Assembly (NCBI GenBank): GCA_001687465.1
Contig: LVLI01000283.1
Span: 1 to 55,899 of the forward strand
Direction: 5' to 3'
Source of the DNA: Halocafeteria seosinensis
Taxonomy: Eukaryota
DNA length: 55,899 nucleotides
This document shows positions 35,698 to 46,500 of the stretch, piece by piece. Position 1 is the stretch's first letter; each line of letters starts with the position of its first letter. The translations under genes were made by a program, and so were the position numbers. The notes under the pieces were generated by a model. It saw only the letters and a program-made list of their open reading frames with translations, was not told the origin of the DNA and did no database searches.

Positions 35698-38600
35698 TGC
35701 TGGTGTCAAACAACGGTACTGACGTAAATGGGACTGCGAATCAATGGCTGCGGCCAATGCAATATGCAGGGACGGTGGCCCCGTCCTCACATACCGTCAT
35801 CTTCCTGCGTTTTAATGCGAGGAATGCCAAAAGCCTAGGGACTTTATCTATGTGGTTGCTTGTGATAGCGGATGCATGGGCTACGGATTCGGCGAGAGTT
35901 GAGCGTAGTTTGATCAAAGACGTTCCCAACGTGACTCAATCACTTTCTTTTGGAGAGGTCTTCTATTGGCTTCGTGTCCAGTATACAGTATCATCAGTGT
36001 TTACCTGCCGAAACTTCCCAAGTCAAATTTTTCTCCGTCCCTTAGAAAGAAAGCAACTGTCTTTAAGTATCGTCAACACCGAGCGGGAAGATATCCACGT
36101 CCATATTGAAGAGATCGACCTCAGGCACGAAAACGGCTCTCTTTCTGGACGCCGCATACCACGTTTCCGCACTTCCGCTGCTATGAATTCAAAGGAGAAT
36201 GTTTTTCGAGCTGGAAACTGGTTTTCCCTGTTCCCCCGATCGTTTCCGTTAAGCGAAGGAAGTGCTTCAAATATCCGCATGCGGTTGGCGTATCCCAAGC
36301 CCTCGCTAACCTTGCCGGTTTTGGGTCCATCTCGGCACGTCTCTCCTGGCGCTTTCGAACTGGACCTCAGTATCAGAGTATCACTTGTGTCGACTGGATT
36401 TTCGTACTTGGAAAGAACAAAGCTGAAATTTGCCCACATTCCTGGGGCAGCTTCAGCCAAAAATTCAGAAGTCGCATTCGACGCACATAACGGAGAACTA
36501 TACGACAGCATCCACGGCACAATTATCCTAAGAGACGTGTTTAACAATTTCCCCGCCGACGCAATGCTATCAAGAGGTGATAGGATTGGTACTGTCCCGT
36601 GCTTCGCGACTCCAGTTTTGCAAATATTTTCCGACCCTACCGGAGACGACGTTGTGGACGTTCAGCCGCTAGATAAAACCTGTGTGACCGGGACAGTGCC
36701 CTTGAAAATTACGTTGCACCGTCCCAGGAATGAATCAGTCAGTGTGCTGATGGATGGGGACCATATCGTTGGTTCCCCAACTGCAATCACGGTGTCAGGG
36801 CAGGACTGCAACAAGCACGGTACTAAATCATCAGAAATTCATGGACGATGCGTATGCGCTAAAGGATACAGACAGATGAACGCGAGTACATGCGTCGCGT
36901 GTCAGCCAGGTAAATTTCAGCCTCAACCATCAAGCTCTCAGACTTGTCGAGTTTGTCCTAGAGGGTATTTTTCGGAAGCTGGAAGTGGTTCGTGCTTCCC
37001 TTGCCCTTCGCATGTCGCGAGCTGCGAAAGGGGCATAATCAAAATGAACAGTGGATACTGGTGCGAAATTTGCGCTGGCTACGAGTCTGCTCGTTCCCGC
37101 ATCATTGAATTGATTCAACGGGGGATGGATGTGTATTCGGTATTTCATACTTGCGAACCTAGAGAGGCATGCCAAGTCAACAGGACAAAGTTCTCAACAG
37201 AATGTGCTGAAGGATATCAAGGGCCTGTTTGTAGTCAGTGCACAGCCGCCTATTCCAAGAACGCTGACGGGACATGTGCGTCATGCCGGAGCAGCGGCGA
37301 AAATACAATGCTTGTTAGTCTATCCGCTCTTGTAGTAGTGGGATTCCTAAGTGGATTTGCGTTCCGGGCAAGTAAAGAAAGTGAGCAAAATCTAGTCAGC
37401 CACCAAGAGGCCACTCACTTATCGGTAAGTAACAAAGCCATTTCCACCGGCGTATTTCATAAAGCTGCGGACCAAGGGGATATATTGCCTTCCGGTTTGT
37501 ACCTATACAACATTAAGTCGTTCAAGCATGCCTTACTAATTGTTATTGACTATCTGCAAATCGGAAACATTTTGCACTCAATGAAAATATCTCCCTTTAA
37601 TGGAGTGGCAGGTTGGTTGAGTTTTGTAACGACAGTGTCGACTATGAATCCGGCCCAAGCTGGTCCATTCCGATGCTTGACTGGCTTTGACTCGTTCCAA
37701 GTTACGTTGGTGACAATGGCAGTACCTCTGTTTGTCCTGGCCTGTGTCAGTGTAATTGCGCTACTGATGGAAACACTTCGTAGACACTCTTGTTCAACCA
37801 AGAAGTGGTTACGGACATCGACCTGGGCCAGTATATTGGTTCTCAACCTACTGTATATGTCTATAGCCATGACAACCGTGCGGAGTTTTCGACGGTACCC
37901 GAAAGAAATCCATGGCTCCGAACGAGCAGCGGTGGATCTTGGAATGCGAACGGATAGTTCCGACTTTACTCTCCTGGAGGGCGTCTCTGCAACTTGTTTC
38001 GCAATATTCGTCGTTGCGTATCCTATTGGACAGGCATGTTACTTTTACAGGAGCTTTACTAGACTCCGAAACCCCTCAGGTGCATTAATGTTCTGGAAGT
38101 TGACAGGAGGTTATAGATTGAAGTCGCTAGGTTTCCTTTGGGAAATCACTGTGCTGAGCAGGAAGCTGTCGCTCATCCTTGTAGCAACGTGGTATCCGGA
38201 CGAGATTGGTCAGTTTGTTCTGGCTACTCTTATTTTGTTCGCTTCTTACATCCAGTCCGTCTATCAAAAACCCTATATTGAAGCCCCTGTAGGTCTCCTC
38301 CAAAGCGGGCTTATCTTTGTCTCAGTTCTCAACACATGCTTTGGGTTGATACGCTGGGAACTAGTCCGAGCTGCTTCCAGCGGCATTGGGATTACATCAC
38401 TATCAGTACCGACGGTTGATAAAGCAGTAGTGGCTCTGCAAATTCTATTCATGGCAAATGTGTTATTCGTTGTGTTCTATCTGTCTCCTCGAGCGATGCG
38501 GGCACTAAATGAGATTGTTCTCCAGCGACTACGAGTATTGCATGCGCATGTCAAAGATTTGTCTTTAAGAACGAAATTCCGAGCAAGAAATCTTGCAAAA

Positions 38601-38960
38601 GGCTGCTGGCAACAATGCGGCGCTCGAGGATACAGGATTCTGGTAAACGTGTTTAGGGACTGCACGAAGCGAGGCAAAAGGGAAGGGAGTAGACGGAACG
38701 AAGAAGAAGACATTCCTAAATCAGCTGGTTGGATAAACCCGCTGCAGTCTGCAGTTGCAATGAACTCGGCCGCCGACACAGACAATTTGAAACGCAGAAG
38801 CCACAATCTTCCCGAACTACCTCAAGAAAGGTTTTGCAGTCCATCTGCAGTGGCGGAGGAGCGTAGGAACGCAGTAACCGAGGAATTTTCGTACAACAAA
38901 AAGAGGGTGTTTGTACCTACTCAAGCTTCTCGGAGACAGCGAATGATACGGTCGCCGTGA
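35652..38960 (+). CDS. GLUG-like repeat surface receptor paralogue A, C-terminal part (Ig-like, Cys-rich repeats, ~9 TM, cytoplasmic tail)
   Basis: Collinear with the C-terminal half of 40551-47255: NVGDLPMDW/NRGNLEMQW, YTVSSVFTC/FTVSSVFVC, MNSGYWCEIC/MKSGYWCEVC, CAEGYQGPVCSQC/CSEGYRGPLCSAC, LTGGYRL..GFLWE/LSGGYRL..GFLWD. Continues the previous ORF across a -1 frame change. Confidence 0.8.
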   Translation: MRLYNVGDLPMDWKIMLVSNNGTDVNGTANQWLRPMQYAGTVAPSSHTVIFLRFNARNAKSLGTLSMWLLVIADAWATDSARVERSLIKDVPNVTQSLSFGEVFYWLRVQYTVSSVFTCRNFPSQIFLRPLERKQLSLSIVNTEREDIHVHIEEIDLRHENGSLSGRRIPRFRTSAAMNSKENVFRAGNWFSLFPRSFPLSEGSASNIRMRLAYPKPSLTLPVLGPSRHVSPGAFELDLSIRVSLVSTGFSYLERTKLKFAHIPGAASAKNSEVAFDAHNGELYDSIHGTIILRDVFNNFPADAMLSRGDRIGTVPCFATPVLQIFSDPTGDDVVDVQPLDKTCVTGTVPLKITLHRPRNESVSVLMDGDHIVGSPTAITVSGQDCNKHGTKSSEIHGRCVCAKGYRQMNASTCVACQPGKFQPQPSSSQTCRVCPRGYFSEAGSGSCFPCPSHVASCERGIIKMNSGYWCEICAGYESARSRIIELIQRGMDVYSVFHTCEPREACQVNRTKFSTECAEGYQGPVCSQCTAAYSKNADGTCASCRSSGENTMLVSLSALVVVGFLSGFAFRASKESEQNLVSHQEATHLSVSNKAISTGVFHKAADQGDILPSGLYLYNIKSFKHALLIVIDYLQIGNILHSMKISPFNGVAGWLSFVTTVSTMNPAQAGPFRCLTGFDSFQVTLVTMAVPLFVLACVSVIALLMETLRRHSCSTKKWLRTSTWASILVLNLLYMSIAMTTVRSFRRYPKEIHGSERAAVDLGMRTDSSDFTLLEGVSATCFAIFVVAYPIGQACYFYRSFTRLRNPSGALMFWKLTGGYRLKSLGFLWEITVLSRKLSLILVATWYPDEIGQFVLATLILFASYIQSVYQKPYIEAPVGLLQSGLIFVSVLNTCFGLIRWELVRAASSGIGITSLSVPTVDKAVVALQILFMANVLFVVFYLSPRAMRALNEIVLQRLRVLHAHVKDLSLRTKFRARNLAKGCWQQCGARGYRILVNVFRDCTKRGKREGSRRNEEEDIPKSAGWINPLQSAVAMNSAADTDNLKRRSHNLPELPQERFCSPSAVAEERRNAVTEEFSYNKKRVFVPTQASRRQRMIRSP

Positions 38961-39538
38961 AATGCATGTAGCTGTGTGAACACAATCTCCTGAAACCGTC
39001 CGGAAGTTCTCACTGCTGAAGTTGAATACACACACACACGTCACTGCCTGGCTACCGTACTTGAATGCTTGAAATTGTACAACAACTGGAGTATTTTGTA
39101 TACCGGTGTCGTTTGGATGCCCATTTGCTAGCTACGATTTAGTACAGCATCATCGACTTCGCGAAAACTTGAACTACTGTAGTTGTTCAACATGGTAGTG
39201 TACACATGTGGCCAGGAGTGTGTGTGTGTATAAACTTTGTGGCTTCCACGCGGAGTCCGAATATAGTATATTCATGTAGTTATAGGGAAAAGTCTCTAAA
39301 ATTACTCCCGTAGAGAGTTTATAGGAAGTCCGGATCCCCCACGAAGTTTTTTCCTGTAGAATCATCACAAAACATTCCGCTTCCACCCCAACTTGAACTT
39401 GTGCGGTCAAACATGCTGCTTATCTTATAGTTGTTGCTTAACCCAAGATTGATTGCTGTATGAATAAATAGATCTCTTTGTCTCGCATTTTCCACCTGTT
39501 GATACATACCCACGTACACATATTATAGCGTGTGTGGT

Positions 39539-40336
39539 ATGTCCTCCACCAACGCCACGTCATCGGCCATCTCGCTTCCGGCCTCCAGGGCCAAACGAAC
39601 CCTGATATTCCCACAGAATGTCTCCAATGCGCATTTCCCAGAGGAGATTACTAATAAGGACAAGGATGAGTTCCAGGTGTCGGTCCACACATGCTCACGC
39701 GCTCTGCAGCGCGAATTGAAAGAACTGTTCCGAGACCTCAGTGACGAACAATTGGGCCAACTCAAGATGATTACCACCTGTCAAAGGGCACTCGTGGATT
39801 TGGTGGAATGGGGCGATAATCAGGCCAAAGAGAAGGATAGACTGCTGGAAAAGGTACGGACGTGCCTGCATCTATTTCACCTCATTATCTCTCTTCTCGA
39901 GTACCCCATGGTTTCCATCCCCGACGTGCAGTTTATGTGGTGGGCTAAGCAACTACAGAAGCAAGTCAAGGAAGACAGTCTGGGGCATTTTGTCGATATT
40001 ATGGACCCATGTACAGGACAGCCAGTATGTACGAAACCGTATTGGGTTCATAGATGATGTACTCTCTGTATGCACTTTGGTTGTGTTCTTCAGGTTCATA
40101 GCTCAACAAACACGGTATTTGCCGAAATTGACGGGCTACAAGTGGCTTTAGGTTACCATATTACCGATATTGGGAACTGCAAATTACTTTCTCACCCTCA
40201 TTGGGGCACAAGCGTGTACCCTGCGTCAATGTTTACCACAGCACCGCTACAAGATATCGCCAGCTGCATTGAAAAAGTTACCGGAGATAAATTGGAAGTA
40301 GTATCCCAACAACAAGGAGAACCAACGCAGTCATGA
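39539..40336 (+). CDS. MMADHC: Cobalamin trafficking protein CblD-like, 3 exons
   Basis: VSVHTC...ELKELF, TTCQRALVDLVEWG...EKDRLLEKF, DIMDPCTGQP, LGYHITDIGNCKLLSHPHWGTSVYPASMFTTAP. Introns ~39854-39931 and ~40025-40093. Confidence 0.88.
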
Positions 40337-40550
40337 CCCATAGTCAATCCAAAGATGTTGAAACTGAATACTGAATACCCATGAATGCTCCGTAGTAATG
40401 CCTTTCTCATTTCCAGTCTAAAATAAGATCGAATTATCATGCGTGCCGAAACGGATAGAATGCTGTAGCCGGATCCAGGTAGCCACGTCTTCCTATTGCT
40501 AATGTCAAGTCACTGAAGCGAAAAACGTCGAAATCACAGTTGAGGACGAG

Positions 40551-43500
40551 CTATTGGCTTGCTCTCCGAAAGTGGCGTAGTCTTCTGCTTCTGCGGGCAC
40601 GATGTGGTCTGTACTGTCGTCGTCCAGTGTGGTCCTCCGCAAATGCTTGTTGAGTACTCTCGGGTTGCCATTCTCGATGAGAAGGTTCGTGGTGGTCGTG
40701 AGGAAACTCAATTATCTTCGAAAAGCCCATTAACTGGGAACTGGTGTGAGTGTTCGTACTCTGAGACGCTAAGATAAAACGTTGGGTTTGGTCTGCCGGA
40801 GTTTGAATCTTCCCTATTGGGTTCCCAACGCCGGTATGAGTGGCAGACGAGTCAATCTGCTCTTCCTTTCTGATAGCCGATTCAGCAGTTTCAAACTCAT
40901 ACAGAAACAAAGGGTTGTCGGTGCTGACTTCACTTCGAGGGCCGTCCCAACAGCCCTTTGCATTAGCTTTGTCGCTAGCAACTTCTAGCCCGATTCGGTT
41001 CCCATTATTCTCCGACTGAAACAGAGGATTTACAACACTACTGTGGGTCATTTCATCGTCGTGTCGTTCTGCACGCCTTGGTGCTTTTTGAGCCTTAGCT
41101 CTAAAGGTACCCTGGAATCGAAACTTCGGTTGGTTCAGGCGTCGGCGAGGAGCGCCTGTCGCTATACCTTCACTGCTTAACTGATTCCAGTTTTTCTTTA
41201 GAATTCCAGGCGCTTTCCTCGCAATCATTCTTCTCACTACGCGGAAAGCTGTAGGCGTCACGCATAACAGCGCAATGAAAGTAGTCACCAGCGATAGTAT
41301 CTGCAAACCTGTAGTAATGCGTTGAAGTAAAACACGAGTCAACAAGTGCTCTTCTCTTCTATATACATCCTGTGCAGTACTGTGCGCATACAAGAGCATT
41401 CCCAAACAGCAGTTTAAAATCGCCACGAAAATGAAACATGCCTGCAGCCCAAGAAGCCAAACTGATCTGTAGGGAGCAATGGCCCGAAAAACGATAAACG
41501 ACAGTAGGAGTCCAATTGTGGCCGTCACCAATTGGGCAACAGCGCTTTGAACCCATATGGAAATAGCAATCAAGGTCGCCTTTCTCAATATCATTAAGTT
41601 GTCCCATAAGAATCCATAGTTTTGTAGACGGTAACCACCGCTTAAATCAAGGAAACTAAGCACGTCATGTCGGCTTTTAGCGCGACTCCATTTCCATGTA
41701 TAGTACATTGCAAGAAGTATTGGGTAACCAAAGACGAAGACTGTCAAAGAAGCGATTCCCAAACCTTTCAGCTTCTGATATTGACTGGAGTCAGTTCTTA
41801 CGGTAAGATCCGAGGAAAGTCTGGAGACTGAATAAATTTTGTTTTCGTAAATGTCGAAAACTTTAAATGTTGCATCGGCCACAGACATGTGCAACAAATT
41901 TAGAATAAGTACAATCGATCTCAGGGACGCTTCCAAGTAAACTGAGCGAAAAGAGTTTCTTCGGTCCATCTGCTGTAAGGCGTAGGAAACAATTCCTTGA
42001 ATGGCAAAGCAAAGAAATACTGCAACAGCAGGAGTTGCCAACGAGAGCATCAGAATCGACACAGTCGAAGCGTCCGTAAGGCATTGGACAAACGACGCCC
42101 TCCCAGGATTCATTGTAGAGGCTTCCGCGACACCTCCGAACCACGAAGCCCTGCCACGAAATGGAGAAATATGCATTCCATAAATGGCTGCATTAATCTG
42201 GAAAAAGTCAAGAGCCATGATAGTCCAGTGTTGCAGTATTTTCCTATCCTGCACAGACGATAAAACATGAAAGAATGAATCTATCGCCTTTGACGGCCAG
42301 TTATTGCCTTGAGTTTGCGAAGAAGCGTTCAAGTTGTCCGTTAGTGCAATACGTTGTGCTTGTTTATGGGATTTCCATGCCAGTAAAATTAGTGCAGTCA
42401 ATATAGAAAGGAATACAATAGCAGCTATAGCGACGTTCTCACTGGAATCTCCGCATCGAGTACAGAAACCGTCACTACCTTTTACATTGCCTTCCTCACA
42501 AGCACTGCATAAAGGGCCTCGGTACCCCTCAGAGCAATTCGTTCTGAAAGAATGGGGTTCTACGATGCAGGCCGACGAAGACTGACACTCGTGGAAAACG
42601 ATTCGATCAGATTTGATGATCTTGGAGACTACAGTATCTCTCGGAAATGAATCCGAACCCGAAGCACACACTTCACACCAGTACCCACTTTTCATCCGTA
42701 GGACGCCGCCGCTACACGAGAATCCTTCTCCTCGACAAGTCCAACAGGCGCTGCTTCCAGATTCTGAGAAAGAACCCTTAGGACAGCTTTCGCAGTACTC
42801 ATTGTTGGTATGAGACACTGTAAATCTCCCGGGAGGACAAGGGGCACATGACTCTGCTGAATTTCTGAAATATCCCGCTGTACATCTACAAGAACGACTA
42901 GGCACTACCGCTACCTCATGGTGACCCTGACAAACCAGATTTCGCACCACAAGCACGCGTTTATCCACGCGTCTCCTGTCAAGGTGCACATCCACAACCA
43001 CCGTTCCTACTTTAGTCAAAGTCATGTTGAACTCCAAGGAGGAGACAATGTTGCCGTCCATTGCTACTAAAGAAGGTTGTATCGACACTCCTCCCTCTGA
43101 ACTGAGGCTCACCTGAAGCGTTGGCAAACGTTCTTCCTTTGTCGCTAACACCCCATGCACCCTGTTCCCATGCGCAGACAGAATAGCCTGGGCGGGCGAG
43201 TACCCAAACAAATCGAAGAGACGAATATTGGCAGTCACAAGATCTCCGATAGTAGCATTGTGGGTAGAAAGGAGCACATCAGAAGTCGAAGCTTCAGCCA
43301 CTCCAGGTACATTGGCAAAGCTGAAAGAGGCATTAACCGCTCCAGAGGTGCCGCCGAGAAGACCGTTGTTCGTCGATAATGTATTTATAGTAAAGTCAAG
43401 TGCATAGTTTCCAGGAATCAAAGCTGCTGCAACGTGGTCATTGTCCCCACGAATCGGTAAGCTTGAGCTTGTATACGTCACCGCAAACTGAACCTCTTTC

Positions 43501-46500
43501 GAGGTCCCCGGCTCAAGATGAAACTCTGCAGGAGTCACTGTAAGCCAAGGAGACAAATGCATGACGCCCTGATGTGTTGGCGGTTCAAGCAAAACCCGGA
43601 ATCTTTCCAACGGGGAGACGTTCTCGATTTTCGATTTGTTCAAGGATCGCAACACAAAAGTTGCCAAAGAAACAAACACTGCGTTGAACTCCGTATTCAC
43701 AACCGTGTATCCCACTTTCCTAGTCTGAATAGGCGGAATCGCCACCGTGCCGAAAGGCATCTTGCATACGAAGACAGAAGACACTGTAAACTCTATACAA
43801 ATCTCGACCCTTGAACTATGGTGTACAGGAAAGCAGTCCCGTGCCGTCAGCTGTACCACTTTAGCATCAGTTTCAAGAAGAAGACGACGACGGAAAACTC
43901 CTAGCCCAGCCGCATTTCCCGGAATAAACTTGATTTGAAGGTCGGAATCACTCTTCGGAGGTATCGAACCATAAGAAGGAAACTGCAACCAAGAGGTCTC
44001 GTCAGCAGCGCAATCCCCACAGTCGTCAAGGGTAACATTCCACTGCATTTCAAGGTTACCCCTGTTTTGTACCCGCAAATTTCGTACGAAAGGGCTCTCG
44101 GTTTTGCTTCGTGAAACAGACACACTAGGCGCCAGGATAGTAGCTTCAGCTTCACGTATTGTAACCGTCAAATTCAAGTCAAACTCATACGAAGACAGGA
44201 GGCTTCCATAGTCATCATAAGAGGTAAAGTTTAACTGTACAGTAGACTCAGAAATACCTCGAGGTGCTCTACAAGTATCAACTTCCATGGCGGTTACTAC
44301 CCAACGTAGTGCTTGCCCCGAATATTGTCGTTTCGCTGGTGTCTGGACGAACGACCTCGCTGAAGGCGAAGCAACTTTCCACTCGACCCATACTCCCCCT
44401 TCTACTTTGAGGCTTACATCTGCAGACACATTGCCGTCGTGTTCGCCGTAAAGACGACTGTGGGTCATAGATATACTCTTTGGTTCCACATCAAACGGAA
44501 TCTGAGGTACCGTCGGAGTCGCCGAACTGGTGGGTGTTGCCGTGCCCGTGGTTGAAGGGGTCTGGCTCGAGGATCTAGTGGCGCTGAGTGATGGAGTATG
44601 ACTAGGCGTTACGCTAAGGGTGCTCGAAACTGAGGAGGTCACAGTACTAGTCACGCTAGGTGAGGCGCTCCATGATGAAGAGGGTGTTTCCGTAACGGAG
44701 TGTGTTGCCGTCGACGTTGGAGAAGAAGTAATAGTGGGAGTAGGTGTCACCGACGGCACCGTAAGGTGGGTGCTTCCCCCTAGCTGGAACCGAAGTACTG
44801 GTAAAGCTCCAGTCCCATTAACTTCCCAAAAGTCTTCTTCCCACTGCTGCACGCCGTTATATGTATACAGTTGGCCGGTAATCTTTGAAAAGTTTCGGGA
44901 TGTCCCCACTTCTTGGTAGTCTTCCCCATACGGCACAATGGGGGAGGAGTACACGGAGTACCTCACAATGAATGAACCATCATTTCCAATACCTCCGACC
45001 AGTCCGGCAGCTCCCTTTTCTACATCAACCTTTCCAGCAGCATATGTGCTGTCTATGCTCACAAATCCTTTGTTATACCCTAGATTATCTCCACAAATGC
45101 CCCCGGCTCTATCTCCATCTATGCTTCCCGTCGTGTAGGAGTCATGGATAACAACCTCACCTGAAAGTCCTCCCGTACTTGCACCACAGATTCCTCCGCA
45201 ATGGCGCGAGCGGATATTGCCGCAAGAGTAAGACTGATAGATCCACCCTTTACCCTCTGCAGCGTATGCGACTCCAGCAATGCCCCCTCCATGCTCCTCG
45301 GATATGCCACCATTCGAATGACACCTTGTTATTGTTATCCTTCCTCGCACCCCTGAGTCACCCCCCACAATGCCTCCTGATCCCTCCCCTCCTATGACAC
45401 CTTCAGAGAATGAGTTCGTCACTGTAAGACGACCTCCAATTCCGCTCCATTGGCCGCCTATGCCCCCTGCTCTTTGTCCCCGAATGTCTCCTTGAGAAAA
45501 GGAGTTATTGACCATTGCATCTCCTTCTGATGCTACTCCTTGCCCCACAATTCCACCGCTACCGTCGCCTGTAATCGCTCCAGTAGAGCTACAAGAATCG
45601 ACCACAAAATATTTTTCATATTGTCGAACAATAAAACCACCTGCGGCCGTTGTGGAGCTACCAAAAGTTCGCATTCGTCGGATGACTGGTGCTTGGTTGA
45701 TTGAATTAATTCCGATTATATTAATCTTAAACACGCCAGCAAATTTCTCGATGTCCATCAGATCTATGATGTACCCATTTCCGTCGAAAACTTCGTTTGC
45801 TTTCAAGACAATGAAGTCGGAAACGTTAAAAACATCAGTCCATCTAAACCCACATGTCATTTGAAAAAGACGTGCGTTTGCGTTGTATTCTATACACGGA
45901 ACAGCTCCAGTCGCAATTTTGTGTCTCCTGTCGCCGATGCTAAATATGGTGGAGGATGGAAGGTTTCCGTCCTTCTCAACGCGTAATACAGGGAGGCTGT
46001 CGGGAAGTGGCGCCGGACTTGCCTCGGGATCGACGAACCAGGTATCGGGAGACCATCTCAGGGTTCCGTCTACACTGTACAGTGCACCACTTATCTCAGC
46101 AATATTTCCAGTGTTACCGATCCTAATGAATTCACCATCAGGATCATCAGAATTCGATACAAGCTGGTCACCGTCATAAACAGAATACTCGACACGCACC
46201 AACTTTGCCCCATTCGCTATACCTCCAATGATTCCTCCGGAGGCGAAATTGGTGTCGCCGTAAGAATAAGCGTTACGCAAAATTGCATGACCCCCTTGCG
46301 CCCCCGTCATATGTCCACATATCCCACCACAATGTTCCTGTGTTATTCCTTTTCCAATTTTGCCTCTCGAATAACAGTCAACGACGTACAGCCATCCGTC
46401 TTCGTGTGTTCCTCCTTTTCCCACTATTCCGCCACTTTCTTCATAGTGAATTCCCCCACGAGAGAAACACTGCCAGACGTAGACAACGCCACTTGAACCG

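Noticed and set aside
35641..35700. Programmed -1 ribosomal frameshift or intron at the receptor A break
   Set aside because: No canonical slippery heptamer. The nearby GT...AG would delete residues conserved in paralogue B, so an indel is simpler.
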